Notes: generated from the letters alone by a model not told the origin. A stretch of DNA of 50,664 nucleotides, filler included, from Trypethelium eluteriae (GCA_051942245.1; 2 parts of 2 records of this genome joined end to end with filler, not necessarily neighbours in it), one strand, 5' to 3'; shown: positions 12,843 to 25,282, numbered from the whole stretch's first letter. Translations and numbers: made by a program.

Positions 12843-13707
12843 CATGCCGCTCCCGGCAAAAAGACGTGGATTAGGAATGTACTTTTAACCCATGATTGCC
12901 ATCTAGTGTTATGACGGACATCTCTGTCGCGAGCCTGAGATCTAGATCTGAATCCAGATTACGACCTGGGTGACCTGGGTGACCTGTGTTTGGGTTTGGA
13001 GACGGCACGGTTGAGGTGGAGAAGTGTAAGGATAGACATTATGTGGAGCCGATCGTATCTTAACTTACCGACTGTAAAAGTTTTTGTAGTGGATCTAAAT
13101 ACCTACATATGGCGGAGTAGAAGTACTTGCACGGAGTACATATCATACTCATTTCTTCAAAGATGTTTAGAATTGAATTATTCTGTATTTGGCTTCCAGG
13201 TTCGAGCGTCGTCTCTACATACATTTATACATGTTTTGTGCTCGATCTTCTTACGTACTTTAACAAGCAAATCGTGCTCCCTGCTCTCCGCTCGAAATAG
13301 AACCGTTGGTAATGCAAGTGGTCAGAGGGACCAGTGACCGTAACTAGATATGTAATCGAATTGAAGAGCAAAGAAGAGAGTGAAGTGAGTGTTCATACGT
13401 GAGTTTGCCTTTAATCACGCCTTGTGCTTGTCCAGGTCGCATACGAACTTTATCCTTGTCACTGACCAATCTCTTCTCACTCTGGCAGGAGTAATGATGG
13501 TTAACGCGGAATCGAATTCTCAATCGAGCAGATATAAACTAAGCTAAAACTATTCTCAGATGTAACGGTCATGACAATGTTTCTGTGATGGCAAACTCTG
13601 CATCTATGTACGCATATGCCTAGCGAGTTAGGCTTTGGTATCACGCAATGGATTCTCGAATAGTTATACACAAGAAGTCCTACACTCATCATCAAAGCGC
13701 TCATCGT

Positions 13708-15497
13708 CTATTCCCAGATGCTAGCCACAATTGCTCTCGGTCTGCTGCTGTACTGTTTCTTGGGCTTCTCCTCAGCTATGACCTGCGGCAACCCAGTCAT
13801 AAGATCAACCTCCAGGGGATCATGCGCCCAGGGATCATGCCGAGCATAGATACGATGACCGACATAGATGGCCACGAATATAGGGATACCAATGTAGTCA
13901 GTGAGAAAAGTAGCTGCCGACCAATTCTTGGGCCAAAAGACGGTGAACCCGTTGATCAAGAGCAGAATGGTGAAGCAGAAGAGCGCAAACCAGGCACCCC
14001 ATGGTTGGATCCTTGAATGATACGGCACATCTACTTGCTGCGCCCTACACGCCTTGCGGAAGCGTAGGTAAACGATGCAACAGCATATCCAGGAGATGAA
14101 GCCGGAAGTATTAGTGAGGGCGACGAACCAGTTGAAGACTTTGGAGGCGGAGTCACCAACATTGAGGTAGGCGAGGGCGGCGAATAGAGAAGAGGCGATC
14201 ACGGCGCGGTAGGGAACACCACCTTTGGTGCAGGCTTTGAAGAAAGACGGTGCGTTCCCGGAAAGGGCAAGAGAGTATAGCGATCGTGAGGACAGGTACA
14301 AGAATGAGTTGCCGGCTGACCACGCAGAGATGATAATACCCGCGTTGATGATACTGGGGAGGACTTTGATACCGGCTCTCTTAATACCAATGACATATGG
14401 AGAAGAACCGGCTCCGGCACCTCCATCGGTTAGATCAGGGTCATTGGATGGCACGATACAGCCGATTGCTAACACAGTGCCGATATAGAAGAAGAGGAGC
14501 CGGAAGATGTAACGTCGTGCTGCAATGGGCAAGTTGTGTCTGGGATTTTCCATTTCACCTCCTGTGACAACCACAAGCTCGGGGGCAAACGTAAAGGGAA
14601 AGGCAGCAAGAGCCCATGTATAGAGTAAGGCAATAAAGCGGCCAGTGTTACCACTAGCAAGGTATGTATTTGCTGCGCCTGGGTCATGCCAATATCGAAA
14701 GCCGAGACGATCATGATTAGGACCACCACCTAGGAAGATGACGAAGGACACGAGCAGAAGACCGCACACCATGATGACTTTAGTCGAGGCAAACCAGAAT
14801 TCAGTTTCACCATAGAATCTCACTGGAAGAGCATTTAAACCAATGATGACGATTGCCACTGCGAAGATTGTGATTAATAAGTTGGTAAGTTGGTAGGGGA
14901 CTCGCAACACGCACTGATGGTTATCCACACCCCGATGTTCACTGGTGGTTTCCAATAGTCTATCACCAAGCCAGCTGCAGTGATCTCGTATGGCACGAGG
15001 ATCCCCAACGAATAGAAGTATAGCCATCCCATGGCGAAGCCCATAGATCGAGACACATATCGGTATCCAAATAGATTCATGGAGCTGCCTGGTGTTGGCA
15101 GATAGGCGGCAACTTCGGTAATAGCGGTGATGATGCACCAGATTAAGAAGGACATCAAGCAGAAGGAACCCAGAATGAATGCAGGACCACCATAAGCGAG
15201 CGTTTGACCAGTACTGACAAAGAGACCTGTGCCCATTGTGCCTCCAATGGCGATCATCTGAGCATGTCTGCTCTTCAGGCCTCGCTTGGTGGTCTCATAA
15301 CGGTCGTCGAACAACTCGCCTTCAAGGAGTTGTGGATTGACGGCGGAGCTCTTGCGACGATCTTGAGCCGTTGCGCTTTCGTAGCCTAATGGGCTGACTT
15401 TTCCATTCTCCATGGTCGTAAACTCTTTGCCATTCGAGTAGGCCTCTCCAGCAGTGGGCTCTATACCCGAGCTGATTCCCTTTTCTTCCATTGGCAT
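13708..15497 (-). CDS. Amino acid permease (APC/YAT family), proline-specific permease (PrnB/Put4)-like
   Basis: RGLKSRHAQMIAIGGTMGTGLF, YGETEFWFASTK, GFRYW and SAGNSFLYLSSRSLY motifs; multiple TM segments; intron 14859-14914. Confidence 0.92.
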
Positions 15498-15628
15498 GGT
15501 GGCAGGTAAAAGTGAACGCGATCGTAGTCGTGTGCCAAGGAAGGAGCAAGTCGGAGGGAAGAGGGCAAGAAATACTGACAGTAGAGGAAGGAGGGACCAA
15601 CCTTGGGAAGTGAAAGGTTCTAGGCCGG

Positions 15629-16723
15629 TTATCATAGGTTGTGACCGGAGTGCCTGCCACGCCTGCCTTGATCCCCACGAGGGTCCAAGGGTCCTTGGCG
15701 CACCATGGCCCGCGCTCCACTGTCACTTTATCTTAGAACGGTTAGCCTGCCACTCCTTCTCCAGCCTTTCATCAACGTTATCGCCTCTCCATCAGCGCAG
15801 ATGAGCGAGCGGTCTGAGGCGGCTCAATGCAGGATGGCAGCGCAGGAGATCCTTTGCTCTCCTGCCTGTCTGCCTCGGAGATCTTTTACACCTTCTTAGG
15901 CATGGTCTTACAGGATGCCAAGCCCTGTCGGACGGTGGCATATTATGCAGTGCATCGACGACGGCCTCGACAGCCACACTGGGCGAAAGGTTTGCTCAGC
16001 TACGTGGGGAAGTTCTTGGCAAACTCCAATGCATCGGGCTACTGCTTCAGCGCACAGATGTGTGGATGTTTGTCGATAAACAGAATCTTCATGCTCCGGA
16101 TAACCAAACATGGAAAAGAAGTTGAGTGTTGGGAACTCATCGGCCGAAGGGTTGGAGGCCTTACCATTACAACGAAAGCGATATAACATCTCATGTTTGC
16201 CTTAAGGTGGTGGGGAGAGAAATGCGATACGACATATCCACAATTCTTTCTCCCCTCGCTCCTTATCTGGGCATCCATTCCGCTGTCGTTATCTCTGAGG
16301 GAGAATCTCCCTTCGCGAATCGAGAATCCGTAATGTGAAGATCATCTCTCGTTCCATCAAGAAGCTAGAACCGTCGTCGAACCCAGATCATTGTAAATCC
16401 CTGTATGCGGCGGCGACTTGCATGCGAGCCGCATCTTTGGATACGCCACGATGAAGTACCAGATGATGGAGAGACAAACAAGGCATTCATCTGATAAACA
16501 AGACACTGCAAAAATTTTCGAGTTGACTACCTACCGATCCGACCGCTCCAAAAATGCGGGGTTCCATGTAGCCCGAGGGCAATTTCTACCGCCACAGCGA
16601 TTCGACTTGTAATTCAGTTACTTTATCACGAAGATTAGATGAGAAAGCGATTCGCGAATCTTAAAAAAATCGAGGAAAGAGACCTAACGAATTGCCCTCG
16701 CGCTGATTTCACCTGTGTGATAA
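15629..16723. promoter_or_regulatory. GATA (HGATAA, AreA-type) site-rich divergent promoter
   Basis: Nine HGATAA sites on either strand: 15629, 15728, 15778, 16074, 16263, 16289, 16492, 16623, 16718. Confidence 0.5.
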
Positions 16724-16726
16724 ACG

Positions 16727-17458
16727 ATGACGTCGGCAACCTCTTTCCGTACAACGATCGGGATTCCCCCATCAAAAGCAAACCCGTCTGACTCCACCCT
16801 AATCATCATCGACGCACAAAATGAATATTCTTCAGGCAAACTTGCGGTCTCTAACGCTCAAACCTCACGCGCGGCGATAAGCAGCCTACTCAACAGATAC
16901 CGCAACGCTGGAGGCAAGATTGTCCATGTTACCCATCAGGTACCCGATGGAGCACCCGTCTTCACACCAGGCACAGATCTCGCAAGGGAGTTTGATGAGC
17001 TCAAGCCCAGGACCGGAGAGATGACAGTGACGAAACAATTTCCGGGTTCCTTCACGAAAACCGACTTGGATGATTTGCTGAAACAGCATGATGCAAAGAA
17101 AGTCGTGCTTTGTGGGTACATGGTAAGCCTCTAAACCAAGTCAGCTTCGGCTGGCGCGGTATGTGGAATCGCATCCACAGCCTAGTTTAACCTGCATGAT
17201 GACATATTGAAACGTCAAGGCTCACGTGTGCGTGTCGACGACTGCACGAGAGGCTTCCCAGTTAGGATACGATGTCCTGCTGGCAGAAGATGCTATCGGC
17301 GACCGAGACATTCCAGGCGCTAATGGGAATGAAGTGACAAAGGTACGATCCCTCCCAAATACTGAGTTGAGGCGTGCATTAAGACATGCCGATAGATGGT
17401 AATGCTTGAACTGGGCGATGCCTTTGGAACTGTGGTCCATAGTGGAGACATTGTCTAG
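16727..17458 (+). CDS. Isochorismatase/cysteine hydrolase family protein
   Basis: [17 protein letters not shown] and [13 protein letters not shown] (Asp-Lys-Cys triad); introns 17123-17219 and 17343-17395. Confidence 0.92.
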
Positions 17459-17483
17459 TACGCTCTCATAACGGAAAAGGATG

Positions 17484-18443
17484 TCATTCGATAGGGACAA
17501 CAGGCTCCTGGATACTCTCTGGCTCGTTATCGTCTTCATTAATCGCCCCGTATATTCGAAAATCTGTGAAAGCATTGTGTGATTCCTCGCTCGAAGGGAA
17601 GCTAACTGACTCGCGATTCGATGTGATTTGTTGCGCCCGTTTTGCATTCGCATCTATTGATCTGCCACGCTATTGTGAGCATCATCTGACCATAGGACCA
17701 AGTCTATGCAAACGTACTTCTTTGCAATTGAAAGCGTCTCCTCAAATTTCGCCATGTTAGGAGCAATGAGAAGAGGCGAATTGGATATGTCATCTGCATG
17801 TTGCAGAACAATCTTCCAAGGGGCAAATGGCAGAAACACAAGGGTATTTCTTGTGATTTGAGTAAATCCATCTCCTCCAGTAGTCACATGCATGTCCAAC
17901 GATTGCAAGAACTGAATGTCTGTAGGGGTAAAGGCAGGATCTTCCAGGCAAATGCGGATCGGTCGGTCAGGCAATTCCACTGCCAACTGTAAGAATCAGG
18001 AGGCATGATATGCAGTACTTTGCAATGTCTCTCTTCACAAATCAATGCCTGGAAGACTCTGACTTACGTGAAGAGGCCATGTCCGCGAAGGCGGCTAGTT
18101 GCATGATGGATCTTGACCTCAGTTCTTTTTCCAAGCACATAGTGCCCAACCCAAAGCATATAGCTTTGTCGATGTGTAGCCCGTCTCTAGACTTGAGGTC
18201 CTGACGCAGCCGTGTGGCACTCTCTGCTGCCCCCCATTTTTCCTTAGTGCGGCGGAACTCTTCGGCCAGAACCTCCCTTGTAGCATCCGAGTCGATCGAT
18301 CTAGAGCTGGGGGCATGCTCTTGGAGTATGTCGCTAGAAGCTTTTGATCTGGTCGAGGTGACGGTGCTCCAACCATCACATGTTGCTATCGTCCTTGTCT
18401 TATTCCATTGAGGCCGCTTCTTATGGCGGTTGGTATGGGGCAT
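17484..18443 (-). CDS. SRR1-like (sensitivity to red light reduced) domain protein
   Basis: AICFGLGT...RSIMQLAAF, EDPAFTPTD.QFL, TLVFLPFAP and FP...NAFTDFRIY; introns 17980-18067 and 17662-17717. Confidence 0.8.
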
Positions 18444-19354
18444 GGTGCAAGAATTTCTTTGTGGCGATAACGAGCCTGGTCTGCGACAGAGAGTAAAGGC
18501 TCAAACCATACATACACTATTGATAGCCTCCAAGGAAAGATAAGGAACTCGAGTGCAAAGATCGAAAATCCCAGGCTGTGTCAAGGACTAGGTCATTGTC
18601 ATTCCACAGAGTTAAACCACACGAAATTGGAAACCCGTTGCCAAAGCTTTTGCAAGTACCTTTCCTCGAGTACTGTTTTCTAATCTTCGGATTGCAAAAT
18701 GAAGAAGCTACAACCAAACGACCTGAACATAAAAATGTGCAGATTGATGCCCGAGAGCCACGAAGCGCGGAATCGGTGAGTATTCCGTACTCGTTTCTCT
18801 AGGCGATCTGGAGGTCCCGAAGAGCGGCCTCGGCGAAACCGAGCAGCAGCTCGACCCTTGCATGGATATCCCTGCTACAGCAAATAGGTGTAATTCGGCC
18901 AGCGGTCTTCGGCGGTGGCAGACTACACGCTGCAACCACGAAGACAAGAAGCACGAGGGCTAAACAACGTGTGAACTTTATTCAGGCGCGTGGCATATTC
19001 TGCTGTAGCACATTTCCGGCCCGACGCGCTGTAGGGTCTGGATTTACTGATCATCGGTACGTATTACCAAGCTCTCGTTGCACCCTTGGCCGAGGGTAAT
19101 TAGTTGGATGAGTGGGGATGTGACGACATATAGGTACGATACCTAATCAGGAGATTTGTCTGCGTGAAGTCTTCCTTCAATTTCAGTAATCAATTAGCGC
19201 AAGCTTTTCGCAATTGCTGCTTAGAGTAATCAACATAGTCGCTACATGCCATTTCTCCCTATATACGATCTCCGTTGACCGGTCACACCCTCTCCATCTC
19301 ACGTATCAACCTATCATCTCTCACATCTACTTCCGTCCAATTGATCGACCCAGC

Positions 19355-20404
19355 ATGGCCTCCTCCCCTGAGATCCCCAATTCTATCATCCACTATCATT
19401 ATCCTATGTCCCCCTATGCCCGCCGCATCACGTGGTACCTCAACCTCCGCAAAATCCCCCACGCAACCTGCCCACAGCCCATTATGCCGCCACGTCCCGA
19501 CCTCTCCTCCCTCCTCGGCCTCTCCTACCGCCGCATTCCCGTCCTCGCCATCGGCCGTGACATCTACCTCGACACCCGTCTCATCCTCTCCGTCCTCTCC
19601 CGCCGCTTCCCAGCCTCCGACCCGCGCTTCCTGCCCCTCAGCCCCGCAACGACGCCCAACCAGCGCGCTCTGCAGAAGCTGCTGGGCTCCTGGACGGTCG
19701 ACGGCGGCATCTTCGACCGAATGGCGCACTGCATCCCGCTGGAGTCAGCGCTGCTGTCAGACCCGAAGTTCGTGGCGGACCGCGAGAGCTTCACGGGCTG
19801 GTCGTGGGACAAGGCGGAGTACGCGCAGGTGCGACCCGAGGCGCTGGTGGACATGCGGCAGGCGTTTGGGCTGCTGGAAGACGTGCTGAGTGATGGGCGC
19901 GCGTGGATCCTAGGCACCGAGACGCCGAGCTTGGGCGACATCGAGGCGGTGTGGCCGTTCGATTGGTTGGCGCAGATGGACGGGGCGCTCCCCGCGGACG
20001 TCATCTCGGCGCGGCTGTTTCCGAGCACGTATGCGTGGCTGGAGAGGTTTCGAGGGGCGGTGAGGGAGGCGGCGGAGGCGGCGGAGAAGAGGAGTGCGCA
20101 GGGTGGGGCGAGTATGCAGGTGAAAGGCGAGGAGGCGTGGAGGCATATCGTTCAGAGCGAGTTTGCGGAGGCGAAGCCAGAGTTTGATGAGGATGATCCG
20201 ACGGGATTGACGGAGGGAGCCGAAGTGCAGCTCTGGCCGACGGATTCTGGCTTCACTAATAAGGATCAAGGGACGTTGGTAGGGCTAACGAAAGAGGAAG
20301 TGGTGATTAGCATGCAAACTAAGCAGGGCGGAGAAGAAATTCGGATTCATGCGCCGAGATGGGGATTTAGGATCAGAGAGGTTGACAAGAGTGCTAAGCT
20401 ATAA
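19355..20404 (+). CDS. Glutathione S-transferase-like protein (GST N-terminal domain)
   Basis: YPMSPYARRITWYL, PPRPDL..LGLSYRRIPVLAIGRDIYLDTRLI, PSLGDIEAVW and HAPRWGF; intronless. Confidence 0.88.
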   Translation: MASSPEIPNSIIHYHYPMSPYARRITWYLNLRKIPHATCPQPIMPPRPDLSSLLGLSYRRIPVLAIGRDIYLDTRLILSVLSRRFPASDPRFLPLSPATTPNQRALQKLLGSWTVDGGIFDRMAHCIPLESALLSDPKFVADRESFTGWSWDKAEYAQVRPEALVDMRQAFGLLEDVLSDGRAWILGTETPSLGDIEAVWPFDWLAQMDGALPADVISARLFPSTYAWLERFRGAVREAAEAAEKRSAQGGASMQVKGEEAWRHIVQSEFAEAKPEFDEDDPTGLTEGAEVQLWPTDSGFTNKDQGTLVGLTKEEVVISMQTKQGGEEIRIHAPRWGFRIREVDKSAKL

Positions 20405-20472
20405 GAAACGTGGTTAGCATGGATGATCAAGTGAAAGTTCAATTGCGCGGGGTATGACAGATGTGTTCGAGA

Positions 20473-20502
20473 TGACGTTCCTGACGTTCCTGACGTTCCT
20501 GA
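20473..20502 (+). repeat. Tandem 9-mer TGACGTTCC x3 (CRE-like TGACGT core)
   Basis: tgacgttcc-tgacgttcc-tgacgttcc-tga read directly. Confidence 0.8.
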
Positions 20503-21863
20503 ATGAGATGGAAGATTCCGTCTTCTGTGAATGCATTCTAGCTTCATCTTAGGTACGACGTGACGTTGGCCATGTAGACATCATTGGAGAGGCCACTCTT
20601 TTCCAACGCATTTATGCTAATCTCACGCTCTGACGAATGTAACTATAATTCTATCCTGCCTTGTAAACTTTCTTTTTGTGATAGGATACCTGGTACTTTG
20701 ATTTAGCCTTCTCGTAACCGCAAGGTTCTCAACGGTGTTCGTGAGTTGATGACTTCATCGGCAGGCACATGCCGGCGATTAAAAGAGGCATTAAGGTCGA
20801 AGGTGACGGTGGGATGTGCAGGGTCGCGATCAGCACAGCACCCGAAAGCTTGCGCTTCGGATAAGCAAGTCATCGAACAAACTTTCAACCGGCGAAACCT
20901 AGAAGCACCTAGAGTCTGGGTCCAGCTAGACGGGAGCGATTCTTCGACATGCGGAATCGTGCAGGGTTCCTGTTACACAACAACCGCTTCTCGAGCAACG
21001 CGTGGCCTATACACGGTTGCAGGTTTCAGGAGCAAACACGGCGAAGCAAGCAATGTCGGAATCGCGAAAGATCGGAGACACGTTCGGAGCGGCTTCAGCG
21101 CTTCAGTGGAGAGCCCGGAGATGAGGGACATCAGGGAGATGAGGGGTTTAAGGGTTCTCGAGGCCTAACGCTCGGTCGTGGTGCAATGGGGACGGCGACG
21201 GGGCCTTTGGGCAAGGATGGGTAAACGAGGTCTACGGAGGGACTGGCGATCGCGAGCGACAAATTCCCCGAGGGCGAAGAAAAAGTGGGGTTTCGAGATC
21301 CAAGAGGTGCAAGAGGGGACCCATACAGAAAAACAGTTGCAATTGCGGGTGAGCGTGGTGCGCCTTGGTTGGTCTGGGTTGGGCGTTTTGGCTTGGGCTT
21401 TGGGTGGTGAGGCCATGTTGATGCCCAAGCTAGTTCAGGTACGACCAACGAGAGGATCCCACGCAAGGCAGAGGTCCTTGATCAGACGCCAGACCGGCCA
21501 TCAGAGCAAACTGCAGTTTTTGGCGGTCTGCCAGGCTACATCAGCTTACAACCCTGATCGCTGGTGGCTGGTGCTGGAGGGTGGAAAAGAAACAAAATAA
21601 AGTGCGTCTGCTGCCATCGAGGAATTCTCGTCTCATGTACGACGGTCCAAATTGCCGGGCGACAGACGAGAAAGAAAAGGCTCGAAAAGGCTCTCTCGCA
21701 CAAGGCATTCTCCGGCTGCAATCGTGCTGCCACTAAATTGGCAACTTGGCACCTTGGACTCACTTGGACCGGCCGGGACTACTGAGCTGGAAGGACGGCT
21801 CAATTCTCGAGGGTCACATTGCCATCCTTTGCCATCGCGATCGAGGCCTCTGCCTCTGACTCT

Positions 21864-21893
21864 CTCCCACCTCGCTCCCACCTCGCTCCCACC
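21864..21893 (+). repeat. Tandem 11-mer CTCCCACCTCG x2.7
   Basis: ctcccacctcg-ctcccacctcg-ctcccacc read directly. Confidence 0.7.
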
Positions 21894-22456
21894 ACTCTAA
21901 CTAAGAAGAGTTGGCATTGCCGCTTGGTCGCGGCTAACCTGCTCCAAGCTTGCGCTCCAGTTTTGCCGTGTGCGCCACCGTTGCGCCTTCTGCTTGTTTC
22001 TTCTGCTCTGTTCACCTCTCCCAGTTACCGCCTCAGACGCGGCTTACTGTCTATTGCCTCTGTGGAGGATCGGCGCAGACAGCCTTCTCATCTTCTCACT
22101 TGCCTCTCTACGGAGTTGCTGCTCAGCGCTTCCACGCATCAGATCTCTTCCCACCGTCATTGGCGCCGAGTGAAGCCGGATTGGCCCCGCACCTGCCTGC
22201 TTCCTGCAGCCCACCCCGGGAGATCACTCATTGCCACGCTGCTGTATCTGGACGGATTGGTCTGCACCTTGCCCGAAGAATTGGTTCTTCTGCTCAACCC
22301 GACCGCTGACTCTCATTTCTACTCTTTTTCAGCCTCGGGAGTTGATCCAACCCGCCAGCCTGCCGCACTACTCCCACCAACTTCGTCCTTCAGGCACCAG
22401 GCTCCTGCCTCTTTTCACCCCATACTCTCCCCCCTTTTGGTTTACCATCCTTTCCA

Positions 22457-23576
22457 ATGCCCTCCTCAAGCAGTATGTCTCAAATATCCAGACAATGGTT
22501 CCAGCCAGGCGATGGCATCGCTCGTGAAGTCATCACCGCCGATATCCAGCGCTATCTTGGCCGCGACGCCACCGTCCGGCCTGGAGTGGGAACAGGAGAA
22601 TATTCAGTGCGTTTCGACGATATAGACGGAAACCGCAGAGGAGCTGACACCTTAGAAAAGGGCGTAGATGGATACTGGATCAAAGCGTATAGGAACTTGA
22701 CTTCGGTGAGTGCTCTTCCTGTCACGCCGCCTTGTTCTGTGGTCATCTGTCCACGTGCTGACGTGGGCTTTCTTTGGTAGGAGATGGTTGCAGACCTGCA
22801 ACTGGACTCGCGAAGATGGCTCCAAGAGGTCCAGCAAGGACGAGGTAGTCCACATGTTCGAGATGCTGCAACCGCAAGACATCCTGACAAAATGTTAGTG
22901 AAATACCAGGACTCCCAGACTCATCAGTCTAGGCAATACTATGGACCCAGCACTCCAGCTGTAGCCACTCCGGAAACATCCTACACTCATAGTTCAAGTT
23001 CATCCGCTTACTCCAGAGATCCCATGCCGGGCTACAGTGGACGTCAACCCGCACCTGCGGCTTCATATGCAAATGATCCAGAATACACTTATGGCCAGCC
23101 TCAAGGATATGTCCAGCAGGGTGGTTACTATGTTCCAGCTGCCAGTGCCCAGGGATATCAACAGCCACGGACTACGCCTTCGGCTTCTTACCCGTATGCC
23201 CCACCATCTGGAGGCCGTGACCCGGAGCCACAATATGTTGACCCAAGGGATCCTAGAGGAGCCTATCCAGCTTATGCCGCTCAGCCGCCACCGGCAGCAG
23301 CCTCCTCAAGGCATGAAGCGGCTTACTCTCCCAGCACGAGGTATTTCCGTTATGATGGTTTGGTGTATTTTCCACCACAGTGCTAATTTCGTCGTTGTAG
23401 TACCCAATATACAGATCAATACGGTCGTGGTAAGTCTTTTGATTCCGGGGACACACATTGTGCTTCTAACATCCTCACTCCCTACAGCGTATACGGTGGC
23501 CCCACCGCGGTCTTCTCGGGAAGCATATGCACAACAACCTCCATCGGCCAATGATTCCCGGAGGCGTCGTCCGTAG
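22457..23576 (+). CDS. rfeG: RfeG-like putative transcription factor
   Basis: WFQPGDGIAREVITADIQRYLG.DA.VRPG, GYWIKAYRNLTSEMVADL..DS.RW and a Tyr/Pro/Gln-rich tail. Introns 22607-22660, 22706-22780, 22845-22898, 23341-23400 and 23430-23487. Start could be 22475. Confidence 0.82.
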
Positions 23577-24982
23577 GATTTATATTTTGGTCTTTGCCAC
23601 CCTTTCCCTGAAATTGCTCTGGCGCTGGAGGTGCTAATGCTCATCTGCCTGGGTTTTCTGGCTCCATCTCCAATGACTTGCTGCTGCCGATCTCTTACTA
23701 GCGTCCGTCTTCTGTGTTGCTCCTTATGGTATCCTCTTCCAACATCCCTAATAATGGATCTTTTCTGCCATGATACAGGAATGGTCTGCCGCCAGAAGGA
23801 CATATATAGATATGAGATACCCCATGAAGGAACTAGACTTGCAGCATTTTTTTTCCGCCGGATGCACAGGAATCAGCACTGCCGCGCCCGGACAAAAAAG
23901 GTCATAGGTCAATGGTCAAACCCCCGATGTCATATCCTCTCTGTTTCTCAAATTCCCCTGGAAAGGCCATTCCTTACGCCATTTGCATCCGGGACCATTC
24001 TTCACGGCCGTTGATGATCTGTTTCAAGGACTCCATTATCTCTTCAGGAGATCCTCATCTGCCTATGACGAATTTCTTTCTGCATGGATTTGTATGGTTC
24101 GTGTCGTCTCTGATATTCTCCTCCATTTTTGATTGGCGCGCCGGACTCAAGGCTCATATCCGGATGAGGGTTGCTCTGACACTTTTCGGCATGTAATTAG
24201 CTCTTGATGATATCGAACCGGGACACAGTAAAAGCAGGATATTGATTTTATTATTTTATCTCTACCTTGGATAGTGCTGCGACTCACGATCATCCTGCTG
24301 ATCCGCATTTGCCTACCTAACGGCCAACTCCACCCTTCTCTGATAAGCCTGCTGGGAACCCCCGTTAGCCTGTGGCTAATCTCATTCTCATGTTAGATAA
24401 TTATCCTCGTGAACCCCGCTTATCTATGGCCAGATTTTATCATAATGCTCAAGTATCATTTTGACAATGCTCTTTGCTCTACGACTACTCTACAAAATCG
24501 GGGAGGGAAGAAGACAAAATTTCAAATAAATTCACGACCGCGTCGTAGGCTAATGGGGTAAGCTCTACTTCATCATGGCAAGTTGTAGTAATAGAAATGA
24601 AATCTACGGCAGTCTCACATCTCACATTCTTAAGCTTTTCGAGCAAGTGGCAGCCTTATGGCTGCACAGTGGTATTATCATGAAAATCATCGGGGCACTC
24701 CCCAACAGAAACTCCAGTAAAAAATCCGATTGTCAATCTGAAAATTTGGAAACTAAAAACCCAGAAACTCCGAAAACCCCAAAAAACTCCGGAAAACCCA
24801 GCACCCTTCATCTATTCCCCCAATTTCCCATCCAGGCACCCCCCAGTTCAATCTCGATTGTCAAATCCCATTGTAAAATCCCCAAGCCAAACGCCAAAAA
24901 CCGACAACCCGAGAACCCCAGCCAGACCCAGCAACCCAGCGACCCACGCAGCCATCATCCCCCCGAGCACCCCCCCCTGTCC

Positions 24983-25282
24983 CTACAGCTCGCGGCGGGA
25001 GGCCCTCATGGCGCTCCTCGCCAGCGCAACCGGCCGCAGCCCGACCACCTGCCGCCTCGCGGCGTCGTTGGCCGCCAGCCATACGGAGCGCTCCCGAAGG
25101 GCACCCCAGCTGGCGCCACCGAGCGTCACCGCGCCCACCAGCACCACCACCAGAGAGAGGATGAGGAGGAGGTAGAGGAGCCAGAGCCAGCTCCCGTCGC
25201 CGCCCAGCAGCGACTGGGGGCCTCCCCGGCGGCGCGGAGGAGCAACCACCACGAGGGGGTGCTCTGGGCGGTCGGGAGCGGT
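24983..25282 (-). CDS. Possible terminal exon of a membrane protein truncated by the contig end
   Basis: 100-codon frame preceded by a TAG acceptor, very high GC3, with TM-like WLWLLYLLLILSLVVVLVGAVTLGG. The antisense frame is also open, so the strand is uncertain. Confidence 0.3.
   Translation of the reverse strand, partial: TAPDRPEHPLVVVAPPRRRGGPQSLLGGDGSWLWLLYLLLILSLVVVLVGAVTLGGASWGALRERSVWLAANDAARRQVVGLRPVALARSAMRASRREL

Noticed and set aside
8762..12986. Short tandem repeats (TGGGGCCAT ~x3 at 8762, TTGC x4 at 12763, GACCTGGGT ~x2.5 at 12963) as CRISPR-like or functional arrays
   Set aside because: No spacers and few copies; consistent with slippage in a eukaryotic genome
15991..15998. 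TTTGCTCA Mac1/Cuf1-like copper element
   Set aside because: A single occurrence, 6 kb from the copper-protein gene and in another promoter; expected by chance
21819..22625. 268-aa plus-strand ORF upstream of rfeG
   Set aside because: Non-ATG start and low-complexity pyrimidine-rich composition typical of a 5' leader
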